From contig CAVPWE010000001.1 of assembly GCA_963709485.1 (NCBI GenBank), positions 11,810 to 75,809 of the forward strand: a stretch of 64,000 nucleotides of DNA, written 5' to 3'. This DNA is from an uncultured delta proteobacterium (GTDB lineage: Bacteria > Desulfobacterota > Syntrophia > Syntrophales > Fen-1087). The notes beneath the pieces were generated by a model, which saw only the letters and a list, made by a program, of their open reading frames with translations, ran no database searches and had not been told where the DNA came from. The translations under genes and the position numbers were made by a program. Below are positions 19,073-29,594 of this stretch, one piece after another (within the stretch, counting starts at the first letter, position 1; each line of letters starts with the position of its first letter).

Positions 19073-19125
19073 GGCAGGAAATGAGGGCATGACGGATATT
19101 CCTTGATCAGGAAAGGGAGGAGGAA

Positions 19126-19614
19126 ATGAATATGCGGAGATTATCGGTATTTCACGTGTTGATGTTTATGGCGCTGGCTTTTTCCTGTCTGGGCTGTGCC
19201 GGCATGCTTTCCGGCAAATACGGCGCCATCGTTCCGGACGGTAACGCAAGGACGGCCTTTGAATCTTTTCAGCTCAGCGCCGGGCTCAACTACTATGTGA
19301 GCGGTGCGGAAGAGCATCCCAACGCGATGCTGGGCCTCAACAGGGAATATACGCTCGATTCGACGCTCTGGAAGCGGATCGATCCCACGCCGGCGCGTTT
19401 TCGGGACCTGGTTTTGCAGATGCAGACCCGGGCCCTCCAGGTCGGTCACCGGCAGTACGGATGTGCCGTTGTCGACGACCAGGGCCGTCAGATCGGGATC
19501 TGGTACTCCATCCTCCCCGCCAGGACGCCTGTCGTGATGAAGGAGGACCGGCATGTCGAGATTTACACGCCCGATATCGACACCTATATAAGATACGAGA
19601 ACAGAGCTGACTGA
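19126..19614 (+). CDS. Hypothetical lipoprotein
   Basis: Signal peptide with lipobox CLGC and a GGAGGAGG RBS. The ATG at 19132 is equally possible. Confidence 0.55.
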   Translation: MNMRRLSVFHVLMFMALAFSCLGCAGMLSGKYGAIVPDGNARTAFESFQLSAGLNYYVSGAEEHPNAMLGLNREYTLDSTLWKRIDPTPARFRDLVLQMQTRALQVGHRQYGCAVVDDQGRQIGIWYSILPARTPVVMKEDRHVEIYTPDIDTYIRYENRAD

Positions 19615-19667
19615 AGGGCAGGTTGATGCCCCGGAATAGATACCCGATTCTTTGACAGGAGGAAGAG

Positions 19668-20171
19668 ATGAAAGCATTGGTCGCATACTTCACACAGACA
19701 GGAAATACGGAAAAGGTTGCACGGGCGATATTCGAGGCGCTTCCCGTGGACAAGGAATTGCTGCCGATCCGGGATGTAAAAAACACGAAGGGATACGATC
19801 TGATTTTCTGCGGATTTCCCGTTCAGATCCACAGTGTGCCCGGCGACGCGCAACCCTTCATCAAGTCGCTCGAGGCGGATCAGAAGGTGGCCTTTTTCTC
19901 GACCCACGGTTCCCTTAGAGGCGGGCAGCTGCCGAAGCAGGCATTTGAAAATGCCATCGGACTGGCAGCCAGGGCTAAGGTGCTCGGGCACTTCGGCTGC
20001 AGGGGGAAGGTGGATCCGAAAGTTATTGAATTCCTGATGAAAAAACCGGAAAGCAAGGCCTGGGCCGAAGAGGCGCAGAGCGCAGCCGGACACCCGGACA
20101 AGGCCGATCTGGCCGATGCGCAGGATTTTGCGCTGCAGATTTTGAAAAAAGTTTCCTCGAAACCGCTTTGA
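19668..20171 (+). CDS. Flavodoxin-family protein
   Basis: The N-terminus MKALVAYFTQTGNTEKVA is the flavodoxin FMN phosphate-binding loop. Confidence 0.7.
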   Translation: MKALVAYFTQTGNTEKVARAIFEALPVDKELLPIRDVKNTKGYDLIFCGFPVQIHSVPGDAQPFIKSLEADQKVAFFSTHGSLRGGQLPKQAFENAIGLAARAKVLGHFGCRGKVDPKVIEFLMKKPESKAWAEEAQSAAGHPDKADLADAQDFALQILKKVSSKPL

Positions 20172-20176
20172 GACAT

Positions 20177-20204
20177 AAGGGCGGGTCAGCACCCGCCCTT
20201 TTCA
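20177..20204. terminator. Bidirectional rho-independent terminator (flavodoxin gene / alaS convergent)
   Basis: AAGGGCGGGT (20177-20186), loop CAGC, then ACCCGCCCTT (20191-20200). Confidence 0.75.
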
Positions 20205-20228
20205 CTTTGGCTCTGAAGTTGATGGGGT

Positions 20229-22862
20229 TTAGATCAGCTCCTTGAGCTTTTTCAAGGCTTTTGCCAGCTTCTCGGACTTCGGGCCGCCCGCCTGCGCCAT
20301 ATCAGGCCGCCCGCCGCCGCTGCCCCCGACGATCGGGGCGATCTCCTTGATGATGTTCCCCGCGTGGTATTTGTCGGCCAGGTCCTTGGTGACGAGGCAC
20401 AGGAGCATGGCCTTGTCGCCGGCCTTGCTGCCGATCAGGATGATGCCCGACTGGATTTTATCCCGCAGTTTGTCGCCGTAGTCGCGCAGGGTCTTGACAT
20501 CGGTGGCATCCACGACCGTGGCCAGAATGCGGATGCCCTTGACCTCCTTGACCTTTTTGAACAGATCGGACAGGTCCTTCGCGGCCAGCCTGCTTTTCAA
20601 GGTTTCGATCTCCTTTTCCAGATCCTTCTGGTTTTTCTGGATTTTTTCGACCCGTTCGGACAGCTCCAGGGGATTGGCCCTTAAAAGGGCCGCTGATTTT
20701 TTCAGTTCCGTTTCAACCTTCTTGAAGTATTTCAACGCCTCCTCTCCGGTGACCGCCTCGATTCGCCGGACACCGGCCGCGACGGCCGATTCGCTGACCA
20801 CCTTCAATGCCCCGATGTCCCCGGTTCTCTCCACATGCGTGCCGCCGCAGAGCTCCATGCTGTGATCGCCCATCCGGACCAGCCGCACGACATCTCCGTA
20901 TTTTTCGTCAAAGACCGCGGCCGCCCCCGTTTTCATCGCTTCCTCCCTGGGCAAAAGCCTGGTTTCGACGGATGCGTTTTCGCGGATGATCTGATTGGCG
21001 ATGGTTTCGATCCGGTCCATCTCCGCCTCGTCGATTTTTGAGAAATGGGTGAAGTCGAAGCGAAGCCGCTCCGGGTTGACCAGTGAGCCGGATTGCTTGA
21101 CGTGATCCCCGAGGATCTTTTTCAGGGCGGCATTGAGGACGTGCGTTCCGGAATGGTGGGCCTCCGTCGACCGGCGGACATTGCGGTCCACCTTCATCTC
21201 CGCCCGGTCGCCGACCTTCAGGCTGCCCTGCTTCAGTTTTCCGATGTGCGTGATCAGGTTGTCCAGGGGCCACTGGGTGTCCCAGACCTCAAAACGGAAA
21301 CCGTCCCCCTCGATCACGCCCGTGTCTCCAACCTGGCCGCCTTTTTCCCCGTAGAAGGGCGTTTCCTCGACAAAGATTTCCGCGTTCTCCCCTTCCGAAA
21401 GCGAGTCCACGGCCTCGTCCTTCTTCATGATTGCCGTAATGCGGGAGACGGACTCGGTCACGCCGTGGTATCCGACGAAGTCCGTGGCGACTCCCTTGAC
21501 GGACAGCTTCATGTAACTGTCGGCAATGGCCTGCTCGCCGCTTCCCTTCCAGGATTCGCGGGCCCGTTCCCGCTGGGCCTCCATGGCCTTTTCAAAACCG
21601 TCGTTGTCCAGCGTCAGGCCGTCTTTCCGGACGATGTCCGCCGTCAGATCCACAGGAAATCCAAAAGTATCGTAAAGCTTGAACACCACTTCGCCGGGCA
21701 CGACGGTCCGGCCCGCCTTTTTCAGAACTTCAACCTCGTCGCCCAGTATGCGGAGTCCGGAGTCCAGAGTTTCAATGAAGCGCTGCTCCTCGTTGACAAT
21801 CACTTTCCGGATGAAGGATTCCTTGTCGATCAGGTCCGGGTAGGCGTCCTTCATGGTTGCAACCACCACGGAGACCACCTCGTTCAGAAAGGGCTTTTCC
21901 AGCCCCAGCATCTTGCCGTGGCGCGCCGCCCGGCGCAGGATGCGCCTCAGGACATAGCCGCGACCCTCGTTGCTGGGGAGGCAGCCGTCGCCGATCAGGA
22001 AGGTCACGGCCCGGCTGTGATCAGCGATGACGCGCATGGAGACATCGCTGTCTTCGAAGGCGCCGTAGGCTTTCCCGCTGATTTTTGCCACAAAACGGAT
22101 AATCGGCGTGAAAAGATCGGAGTCATAGTTGCTGCGGACCCCCTGTATGACGGCGGCCAGACGCTCCAACCCCATGCCCGTGTCGATATTCGGCTTCGGC
22201 AGGGGGTGGAAGTTCCCGTCCTTGTCCCGGTCGAACTGGGTGAATACGTGGTTCCAGAGTTCCAGGTGGCGGTCGCAGTCACACTGGACGCTGCATTCCG
22301 GACGGCCGCAGCCCACGCCGGGGCCCTGATCATAGAGAATTTCCGAACAGGGGCCGCAGGGGCCCGTCTCTCCCATCATCCAGAAATTGCTGTCCATTCC
22401 CATCCGGACGATCCGCTCCGCCGGGACGCCCATCTGCCTGTTCCAGATTTCAAAGGCTTCATCGTCATCCTGGTAGATGGTGATCCAGAGCTTGTCCTTG
22501 GGCAGCCCCATTTTTTCAGTCAGGAATTCCCAGCCCCAGGAGATGGATTCCCTTTTGAAGTAATCACCGAAGGAGAAGTTTCCCAGCATCTCGAAGAACG
22601 TGTGATGACGTGCGGTGAAGCCGACATTTTCCAGGTCGTTGTGCTTGCCTCCGGCCCGGACGGATTTCTGCGAACTGGCCGCCCGGGTATAGCCCCGGTC
22701 TTCCAGGCCGAGAAAACAGTTCTTGAACTGCACCATGCCGGAGTTGGTGAAGAGAAGCGTGGGATCGTCCTTTGGAATGAGCCCCGAACTGGCGACGATC
22801 GTATGTCCGTATTCCTCGAAATATTTAAGGAATTTTTCTCTGATCTCACTGCCTGTCATCAT
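20229..22862 (-). CDS. alaS: Alanine--tRNA ligase
   Basis: Full-length match to the AlaRS pattern (FTNSGMVQFK, HHTFFEMLGNFSFGDYFK, editing-domain HSGTHVLN, CGGTHV, C-terminal DHHA1-like GGGGGRPDMAQAGG). The start is set at the ATG 7 nt after GGAGGGA. Confidence 0.95.
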   Translation of the reverse strand: MMTGSEIREKFLKYFEEYGHTIVASSGLIPKDDPTLLFTNSGMVQFKNCFLGLEDRGYTRAASSQKSVRAGGKHNDLENVGFTARHHTFFEMLGNFSFGDYFKRESISWGWEFLTEKMGLPKDKLWITIYQDDDEAFEIWNRQMGVPAERIVRMGMDSNFWMMGETGPCGPCSEILYDQGPGVGCGRPECSVQCDCDRHLELWNHVFTQFDRDKDGNFHPLPKPNIDTGMGLERLAAVIQGVRSNYDSDLFTPIIRFVAKISGKAYGAFEDSDVSMRVIADHSRAVTFLIGDGCLPSNEGRGYVLRRILRRAARHGKMLGLEKPFLNEVVSVVVATMKDAYPDLIDKESFIRKVIVNEEQRFIETLDSGLRILGDEVEVLKKAGRTVVPGEVVFKLYDTFGFPVDLTADIVRKDGLTLDNDGFEKAMEAQRERARESWKGSGEQAIADSYMKLSVKGVATDFVGYHGVTESVSRITAIMKKDEAVDSLSEGENAEIFVEETPFYGEKGGQVGDTGVIEGDGFRFEVWDTQWPLDNLITHIGKLKQGSLKVGDRAEMKVDRNVRRSTEAHHSGTHVLNAALKKILGDHVKQSGSLVNPERLRFDFTHFSKIDEAEMDRIETIANQIIRENASVETRLLPREEAMKTGAAAVFDEKYGDVVRLVRMGDHSMELCGGTHVERTGDIGALKVVSESAVAAGVRRIEAVTGEEALKYFKKVETELKKSAALLRANPLELSERVEKIQKNQKDLEKEIETLKSRLAAKDLSDLFKKVKEVKGIRILATVVDATDVKTLRDYGDKLRDKIQSGIILIGSKAGDKAMLLCLVTKDLADKYHAGNIIKEIAPIVGGSGGGRPDMAQAGGPKSEKLAKALKKLKELI

Positions 22863-23334
22863 GCCGATGTCCCTCCTCTGTGCCTCTGATCGATTCAAAT
22901 ATCAGGTCCGGCTTAAACCCCCTGCCCAGCAGGTACTGCGCCAGGGATCGCCTCGCCCTGTCATCCGGTTGCCCGCCTTTCAACTTCCCGCGAATCAGTT
23001 TTTCCACCGCCTCGCTTTCCGGGAACTCCAAGCGGATCTCGGCGATCATCCGCTTACCCAGATCCTTCGAAATGCCTTTTTCACGCAGGCTTGCCTCGAT
23101 CCTGCGGTTGCCGGAAAGCTTGTCAACGGCGAGATGGCGGACCCACTGCCTGGCAAATGCCTCATCGTCCAGATAGCCGAGCTCGGAAAGCCTGGACACC
23201 ACGCGGTCGATCACGCCGCAATCATATTTTTTTTCCTTCAGCTTGTCGCGAAGTTCCTTTTCACTCCTTGCCCGCCGCGCCAAAAGGCGAAAGGCTTTCT
23301 GCTTCGCCTTCTCGAAGCCCGGATCGTCGTCCAT
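22846..23334 (-). CDS. recX: Recombination regulator RecX
   Basis: Lies immediately downstream of recA with a TGATG stop/start overlap. The sequence is a helical-repeat type with RARSEKELRDKL. Confidence 0.8.
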   Translation of the reverse strand: MDDDPGFEKAKQKAFRLLARRARSEKELRDKLKEKKYDCGVIDRVVSRLSELGYLDDEAFARQWVRHLAVDKLSGNRRIEASLREKGISKDLGKRMIAEIRLEFPESEAVEKLIRGKLKGGQPDDRARRSLAQYLLGRGFKPDLIFESIRGTEEGHRHDDRQ

Positions 23335-24356
23335 CAGGGCTTCTCTTTGGGCTCAGCCCGGACCAGGCCCAGTTTCTCCCGAACGGCCGCCTCGATTTCC
23401 TTCAGGGTATCCTCATTTTCCTTGAGAAAAGTCTTGGTGTTGTCCCGGCCCTGGCCGAGGCGCTCGCCCTTGTAGGAATACCAGGAGCCGCTCTTTTCGA
23501 GGATGCCTTTTTCCGCCGCCAGGTCGAGGATGTCACCTTCCCTGGAGATCCCTTCGCCGAAGATGATGTCGAATTCCGTTTCCCGGAAGGGAGGCGCCAC
23601 CTTGTTCTTGACGACCTTGACCCGGGTTCGCATGCCGATTACGTCCTGACCCTGCTTGAGGGCCGTCACTTTCCGGATGTCGAGCCGCATGGAGGAATAG
23701 AATTTCAGCGCGTTGCCGCCTGTCGTCGTTTCGGGATTTCCGAAAAATACCCCGATCTTCATCCTGAGCTGGTTGATGAAGATGACGGAGGTCCTGGATT
23801 TGCTGATGCTTCCGGTCAGCTTGCGGAGCGCCTGCGACATGAGGCGGGCCTGAAGGCCCATCTGGGCGTCGCCCATCTCCCCCTCCAGTTCGGCCTTGGG
23901 GACCAGGGCCGCGACGGAATCGACGACAAGGACGTCCAGGGCGCCGCTGCGGACGAGGGTTTCGGCAATTTCGAGGGCCTGTTCACCGCTGTCGGGCTGC
24001 GAGATCAGCAGGTCGTCCGTATTGACGCCGATCTTGCTGGCGTAGGACACGTCCAGGGCATGCTCGGCATCGATGAACGCCGCCAGACCGTTCTGCTTCT
24101 GCGCCTCGGCCACGATGTGCAGGGCGAGGGTCGTTTTGCCGCCCGATTCGGGACCGAAAATCTCGATCACCCGGCCCCGGGGAATGCCGCCCACGCCCAA
24201 CGCGGCATCAAGACCGATGGAGCCCGTCGGGATGACGGGGATGTCGGCGACCTTGTCACTGCCGCCCAGCCTCATGATGGAGCCCTTTCCAAACTGACGT
24301 TCGATCTGGGTGATAGCCAGATCCACCGCCTTTGTCCGATCCGTATCCGATGCCAT
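23334..24356 (-). CDS. recA: Recombinase RecA
   Basis: [15 protein letters not shown], Walker [21 protein letters not shown] and VVDSVAAL. Confidence 0.97.
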   Translation of the reverse strand: MASDTDRTKAVDLAITQIERQFGKGSIMRLGGSDKVADIPVIPTGSIGLDAALGVGGIPRGRVIEIFGPESGGKTTLALHIVAEAQKQNGLAAFIDAEHALDVSYASKIGVNTDDLLISQPDSGEQALEIAETLVRSGALDVLVVDSVAALVPKAELEGEMGDAQMGLQARLMSQALRKLTGSISKSRTSVIFINQLRMKIGVFFGNPETTTGGNALKFYSSMRLDIRKVTALKQGQDVIGMRTRVKVVKNKVAPPFRETEFDIIFGEGISREGDILDLAAEKGILEKSGSWYSYKGERLGQGRDNTKTFLKENEDTLKEIEAAVREKLGLVRAEPKEKP

Positions 24357-24374
24357 TTTGACCTCCCTGGGTAT

Positions 24375-24962
24375 TTATTGTGATCCCTGAAACGGAAAAT
24401 CGGCCAATACGGTGTAGATGGCCCCCTTTGGCGTCAGATCGCTCTTGAACAGGGTCAGCCCCTTCGCCTCGAAAGACCCGGCCGATTCAGGTCCTTTTTC
24501 GGCAAGTGTTTTATCAATCCCGGCCAGCCCCTGGGGGGATTTGATCCGGGCCAGCGTGAGATGCGCCCGGAACGGCCGCTCCTCCCTTTTGAATCCGCAT
24601 GCCTCAAGTCCCCTGTCGATGGCATGCTGCAGGTCGATCAGCCTCACTACATCTCCGCCCACACCGATCCACAGCACCCGTGGCCGCCTGGTGTTCGGGA
24701 AAACGCCGAGCCCCTGAACGTCCAGTTTCAGTTCCCGGCTCGCCGCGGCATGTCCGGAGACAAGCCTGGAAATTTCCCCGATGTCTTTTCTACCAATATC
24801 GCCGAAAAATTTCAATGTCAGGTGAATGCCCTGCGGCCGGACCCAACTGATCGAGCCGTGGATGTTCTTTCTCAATTCTTCCTGGATGGCGGCGATTTTT
24901 TTGAGTACCGCTTCGGGCGGGTCTATGGCCAGGAATGCACGCACTTTTTCTTCTTCAGCCAT
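24375..24962 (-). CDS. thpR: RNA 2',3'-cyclic phosphodiesterase (2'-5' RNA ligase family, ThpR/LigT)
   Basis: Two HxTxK/R motifs: HLTLKF and HLTLAR. Confidence 0.8.
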   Translation of the reverse strand: MAEEEKVRAFLAIDPPEAVLKKIAAIQEELRKNIHGSISWVRPQGIHLTLKFFGDIGRKDIGEISRLVSGHAAASRELKLDVQGLGVFPNTRRPRVLWIGVGGDVVRLIDLQHAIDRGLEACGFKREERPFRAHLTLARIKSPQGLAGIDKTLAEKGPESAGSFEAKGLTLFKSDLTPKGAIYTVLADFPFQGSQ

Positions 24963-26211
24963 CTTCCCGCTCTCCTTCCAGATGGCGTTTCAGCATGAGC
25001 AGCGCCGCCTGGGATGAGATAATCTTGTTGCGGCGGCGGTCCCATCGGAAAGCGTGGCGGCGGCAAAGGGTTTCGCTCCCGTCCGCCAGCGCGATGTAAA
25101 CCGTGCCCACCGGCTTCTGATCCGTTCCCCCCGTCGGGCCGGCAATCCCGGTAATGGCCAGCCCAAGGTCAGTGCGGGCAAGCTTCCGGATCCCTTCGGC
25201 CATGCGGCGGGCTGTCTGCTCGCTCACCGCGCCGCATGCCTCAAGCATATCCGCCGGTACTCCCAGCAGGTCCGTTTTCGCGGCATTGCTGTAGGTGACC
25301 ACGCTCCGCTCGAGAAAGGCCGAACTGCCCGGGATGTCCGTCAGGCGGTCCGTCACCAGGCCGCCCGTGCAGGATTCCGCCACCGCCAGGGTCCAGCCCC
25401 TTGCGATCAGGAATTTCGCCACGAGTCCCTCGAGGGTCTCGCCATCGTATGCGAAGATGTGCTTTTTCAGCCTGTGAATGACTGCTTCCCTTGCCTCGTC
25501 AACCCTTGCCGCCGCCAGCGTCTCTTCGGCGTCTCTCGCCGTCAGGACGATGTGGTTTTCCGGAAAGTTCGGGTAAAAGCCGATGCCGACACCGAGACGG
25601 GCCGGGTCCAGATCCGCCAGCGCCTGGTCGACAGCCGCCTCGGAAAGGCCGAATGTTTTGATCGTCCGCACGGCTGCATGCCGGGCTGCTTCGGGGAATT
25701 CCCGCCGCAGGATCGGGAGAACCCCTTCGGGCAGCATCCTTTGGACTTCCCGGGGCACGCCGGGGATGACGGCAATCACCTTGCCCTTCTGCTTGAGGGC
25801 GAAACCGGCCGCCGTCCCGACCGGGTTGGGGATCACTTCCGCCCCTGCGGGAAAGTCCGCCTGTTTGGCATTGTTCTCCGTCCAGTTCAGACGGTATTTT
25901 TCAAAGAGTCCCCGAATGTTCCGAAGGACGGCTTCATCCCGGCAAAGCTCCAGTCCGAAGGCCCGGGCAATCGCCGCGGTCGTGATGTCGTCCGCCGTGG
26001 GTCCGAGTCCCCCCGTCACAACGACCGCATCGCTCTGTGCCAGAATATACCCCAGGGCCTGCTTGATGAGGCGGTCGTCATCGCCGACGGACATCAACAG
26101 GCTCACCCGCCATCCCTGCGTTGTGAAAACACGGGCCATCATGGAAGAATTGGTGTCCTGTGTCCGGCCGCTGGTCAGCTCGTTGCCGATGGTGAGAATG
26201 CCGATTTTCAT
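24955..26211 (-). CDS. cinA: Competence/damage-inducible protein CinA (MoCF-binding domain plus PncC-type NMN deamidase domain)
   Basis: MKIGILTIGNELTSGRTQDTN at the N-terminus and the C-terminal CinA domain motif AESCTGG. The cinA-thpR-recA order is conserved in many bacteria. Confidence 0.85.
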   Translation of the reverse strand: MKIGILTIGNELTSGRTQDTNSSMMARVFTTQGWRVSLLMSVGDDDRLIKQALGYILAQSDAVVVTGGLGPTADDITTAAIARAFGLELCRDEAVLRNIRGLFEKYRLNWTENNAKQADFPAGAEVIPNPVGTAAGFALKQKGKVIAVIPGVPREVQRMLPEGVLPILRREFPEAARHAAVRTIKTFGLSEAAVDQALADLDPARLGVGIGFYPNFPENHIVLTARDAEETLAAARVDEAREAVIHRLKKHIFAYDGETLEGLVAKFLIARGWTLAVAESCTGGLVTDRLTDIPGSSAFLERSVVTYSNAAKTDLLGVPADMLEACGAVSEQTARRMAEGIRKLARTDLGLAITGIAGPTGGTDQKPVGTVYIALADGSETLCRRHAFRWDRRRNKIISSQAALLMLKRHLEGEREDG

Positions 26212-26234
26212 TTCCGAATTTGCACCGCAGTTTT

Positions 26235-26795
26235 TTATATTTTCCAGAATTTCAACAAGATCTGGAGCGACAGGTTCGCGTATATTCCCGCCGCCACATC
26301 ATCCATGACAACCCCGTAGCCCCCCGGAAGCCGGTTTTGAACAAGGCGGGCGGGAAAGGGTTTGAGTATGTCGAACAGTCTGAAAAAAGCAAAGCCCAGC
26401 AGGATGTGCCAGCCGGTCGGGGCCACCAGAAACATGGTCCACATGAAGCCGGTGATCTCGTCGATCACGATCTGTGGCGCGTCCTTTTTCAGAAAAATCT
26501 TTTCCGCCTCCTGCGATACGTAAATGGCCAGGAAGGTCAGGGCCAGAGCCGACAGCAGGTAGAGGGGCCAGGACAGGGGGGAAAAGATCAGATAAATCGG
26601 TATCGCGACAACCGTTCCCGCCGTTCCCGGGGCGAAAGGAGCGAAGCCGCTGCCGAGACCGGTAGCGAGGGCCTTGATGAATTTTTCGTTCAGAAAACAC
26701 CTCTCTTCAGGCCAACCGGGCGGCGACAATTCTCTGATCCGTGGCAAATTACATACTTTCCCACATCTGTCAATGATTTTGATCGGCACTGTCAT
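26235..26795 (-). CDS. pgpA: Phosphatidylglycerophosphatase A
   Basis: LATGLGSGFAPFAPGTAGT and the DILKPFP motif. The true start may lie downstream of the listed ATG. Confidence 0.75.
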   Translation of the reverse strand: MTVPIKIIDRCGKVCNLPRIRELSPPGWPEERCFLNEKFIKALATGLGSGFAPFAPGTAGTVVAIPIYLIFSPLSWPLYLLSALALTFLAIYVSQEAEKIFLKKDAPQIVIDEITGFMWTMFLVAPTGWHILLGFAFFRLFDILKPFPARLVQNRLPGGYGVVMDDVAAGIYANLSLQILLKFWKI

Positions 26796-27011
26796 CGCAA
26801 CGGCCGTTTGAAATAGAACAAACGTTCTATTATGTCAAATAAAAAAATATTGGGCATAAAAAATATTGGACGCCTGAAAAGTAAGAAAAAGGAGATCCGA
26901 TCCCAAAAGGATTCGTTTTACCCATGACCGGAGGGAAGTGACATGATTGTGCTCCCGGTTTTCCAAATGCAGAAGGCACGGCTGCAAATGAAGGTTTGGA
27001 GCTGTATTTTA

Positions 27012-27040
27012 TTGACATTTCGGAGTCATTTTCCTATTGT
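27012..27040 (+). promoter_or_regulatory. Candidate sigma-70 promoter of the AT-rich secreted-protein operon
   Basis: TTGACA (27012-27017), a 17-nt spacer, then TATTGT (27035-27040). Confidence 0.45.
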
Positions 27041-27120
27041 GGATGCATCCTTTACGCACATTCAGTGCCACGGATTCAGGGAATAGAAAAAGAAACTACC
27101 TTAAGTTGAAGGGAAATATT

Positions 27121-28368
27121 ATGATTAAGAATCATTTCAAGAAAATTGTTGTCTTGTTGTGCTTTATTATTACGGTTTTAATCGCTTTTCCCGCACATAG
27201 CGCCACTGTGTTTGGACCGAAGCAATATGTGAGAACCAGTGGGTCGCCGAATGCCTATACAGATACTTTCCAATCATTAGGAGGACCCGGAAGCCTTATT
27301 ATCAGAAATGGAAATACTTCTGGAGGAAACAAAGTCGAAGGAACTGATACCATTACGAGCGGGAAAGTCTATATCAACGGTACACTCATATTTGGTCCAA
27401 GCGATTTTAAGAGTTCCGTTTATTATATGGCAAGATCCGTTCAATTAAGCAATGGGACCAATACTTTATATGCCGAATTAGGCAGTTCTCCGGGGAGTTA
27501 TTTTTCCGCTGAAGTTACTGGCGTTGCCATGCCATCGCCGCTAACATTGGAAATAACTTCTCCTTTAGATGGGGTTACTATATTTCGGCATGATGTTAGC
27601 GTACAGGGAATAATCTCTAACTCCTCCGGTGTTGAGACTGGCGTAGTTGTCAACGGCATCGTAGCTCATGTATTTGGCAATCAATTTGTGGCAAATCACG
27701 TCCCACTGGCTGAAGGTCAAAATAGCATTGCCGTCAGCGCCACGGATGTCAATGGCGCCACAAAGTCAAAATCTGTTACGATAAACGCGGCTTCAGGTAA
27801 ATTCATTGAACTTACCTCATTATGGGATTCAGGAGTAGCACCCCTGGATGTAATATTGCGGATCAACGGCTCCTTCTCCATTACCAATCCGGTCATTACC
27901 CCAACTGGTCCAGATTCTATAGAACGTCTCGCAAGTGATAATCCCGATGAATACAAATATCGGATTGCCACGGAGGGTTTCTATACTTTCACAGCCACCG
28001 TGACCGGACCAGACGGCAGTGTCTATTCAGACGCAGTAGGCATAACTTCTTTTTCTCTCGCGCAGATTGACACGCTGCTCAGATCAAAATGGGCAAAATT
28101 GGAGAACGCCTTGTCGAATAAAGACATTTCCACAGCGCTAACATTGCTTTGCCCCATCAGTAGAAGCCGCTATCAGACAATGTTTAATCTTCTGAAAGAT
28201 CAATTGCCGGCAATAGTTGCAGCGCGCACTGATCTTGTTTTGGATTCGATAAAAGGAGATTTTGCTTTTTATGAGCAGAATAAATTAGAAAATGGTTCTG
28301 TCTTCAGTTACCCGGTTAGATTTGCCAGAGATCCATCATCAGGGTTATGGCTGATTAAAGAATTCTAG
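27121..28368 (+). CDS. Secreted protein with an Ig-like domain (unknown function)
   Basis: Signal peptide ending AHSA. N-terminal FGPKQYVRTSGSPN...LIIRNGN module, then an Ig-like segment (LTLEITSPLDG...SATDVNGATKSKSVTINA). The start is set downstream of the predicted promoter. Confidence 0.6.
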   Translation: MIKNHFKKIVVLLCFIITVLIAFPAHSATVFGPKQYVRTSGSPNAYTDTFQSLGGPGSLIIRNGNTSGGNKVEGTDTITSGKVYINGTLIFGPSDFKSSVYYMARSVQLSNGTNTLYAELGSSPGSYFSAEVTGVAMPSPLTLEITSPLDGVTIFRHDVSVQGIISNSSGVETGVVVNGIVAHVFGNQFVANHVPLAEGQNSIAVSATDVNGATKSKSVTINAASGKFIELTSLWDSGVAPLDVILRINGSFSITNPVITPTGPDSIERLASDNPDEYKYRIATEGFYTFTATVTGPDGSVYSDAVGITSFSLAQIDTLLRSKWAKLENALSNKDISTALTLLCPISRSRYQTMFNLLKDQLPAIVAARTDLVLDSIKGDFAFYEQNKLENGSVFSYPVRFARDPSSGLWLIKEF

Positions 28369-28377
28369 GAGAGAAAG

Positions 28378-29016
28378 ATGACAACAATATGCAAGGTGAT
28401 CCTTTCTTTATCTTTGATGATTATTGGTTGTTTCTCATATGCAACTTCAGCTTATTCTTGGCTCCTGTATAATAAGCCGGAGTTTCGAGGAGGTGTGATT
28501 GATGCGGAGACAAAGCAACCGGTCGAAGGCGCAGTGGTTGTGGTTTTGTATGAAAAGTGGGAATTCGGCGGGCCGGGAGGCGGCAATACTTTCCCGATAG
28601 ATGCAAAAGAAACACTGACTGATAAAGCTGGAGATTTTTACTTCCCTTCATACAAGACCCTGATAGGCCCTCTGTCTCGGGTATCTAATGTTTCCTTCAT
28701 CATCTTCAAACCCGGATACATGTCCATAAATAGAATTAAAGGAATAGAGATTCCTGATGAAAAATATTTTGCAATTAAACAAGACATGATCGGCAAGGAA
28801 GGGGAAATTAAACATGTCGATACTCGCTTTGCAGAGCCGGTCACTTATACGTGGAAGGGTTTGATGGGAATTGTGGAGCTGAAAAAGGCGAAGACATATG
28901 ACGAAAGAAGAAAAGGAGTGCCAAGTACTCCAACTGGTTACACTGCCAAAGATTTGCCGCTTATCTTCAAAGCAATTACTGATGACCGCAAAGATCGCGG
29001 ATTGGAGGTGAGATAA
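28378..29016 (+). CDS. Secreted/anchored protein with a carboxypeptidase-regulatory-like domain, copy A
   Basis: N-terminal signal/anchor, then GGVIDAETKQPVEGAVVVV (CarboxypepD_reg-like strand pattern). It is a paralog of 29595..30206. Confidence 0.55.
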   Translation: MTTICKVILSLSLMIIGCFSYATSAYSWLLYNKPEFRGGVIDAETKQPVEGAVVVVLYEKWEFGGPGGGNTFPIDAKETLTDKAGDFYFPSYKTLIGPLSRVSNVSFIIFKPGYMSINRIKGIEIPDEKYFAIKQDMIGKEGEIKHVDTRFAEPVTYTWKGLMGIVELKKAKTYDERRKGVPSTPTGYTAKDLPLIFKAITDDRKDRGLEVR

Positions 29017-29592
29017 ATGGAAAATAAAACCAGAACAATGTGTACAATATTAGTGATAATAGCCTGCTCGATGTTATTTGCATTTACTCAACCAAGTTTT
29101 GCTCTTGATACGAGTACTCATAAGGCACTGAACGAGTATATTGTACAGCAAAGTCTCAATGGTTTCTCTCTTAATGATTATTTAAAAACCCAATTGGGAA
29201 TAGAAGATGGAACAGAGGCTTACTTTAAAAACAGTGAGCTAAACCAACAAGTATTCAGGTGGGTTGGAGACGGTGGCGCATTTGAAGACAATCCTCCTGA
29301 ATGCTTTATTCCTTACATGCGTTCGCGTCATCATTTTCACAATCCCATAGACAATAGCGGTTTTTCGGGTATCTCGGACACAGGTATTTTATCGGGCATG
29401 TCTGCAACAGACTGGGCTATGCAACCTGTCGGTTCCCAGAGTTGCGGATGTTATTCGTGGAACGATGCGCGAGATTATTATTACAAAGCACTAACATCTG
29501 CCGACAAAGCAACCAGGGAAGCAAATTTTGCTGCAACTTTCAGAGCGGTAGGACAAGTCATGCATCTGGTGCAGGATATAAGGGAGGTTTGA
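29017..29592 (+). pseudogene. Truncated N-terminal copy of a zinc-dependent phospholipase C-like protein
   Basis: It has its own signal peptide and a diverged first ~84 codons, followed by 312 bp near-identical to 30477..30788. It ends abruptly (VQDIREV*) just before the metal-binding MSMPEH of the full-length copy. Confidence 0.65.
29268..29579 (+). repeat. 312-bp direct repeat, copy 1
   Basis: Base-by-base comparison with 30477..30788 shows one difference (T at 29292 versus G at 30501). The offset is 1209 bp. Confidence 0.95.
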
Positions 29593-29594
29593 TA

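Noticed and set aside
21093-22889. 598-aa plus-strand ORF opposite alaS. Similar long antisense ORFs include 1567..2559, 13012..14169, 23091..24383, 25054..26319, 41855..43156, 43573..45069, 47723..48766, 48423..49442 and 49933..50886.
   Set aside because: Each is antisense to a gene with unmistakable conserved motifs. All have R/P/G/H-rich, low-complexity composition and lack recognisable domains or an RBS. This is the typical open-frame artefact of GC-rich DNA.
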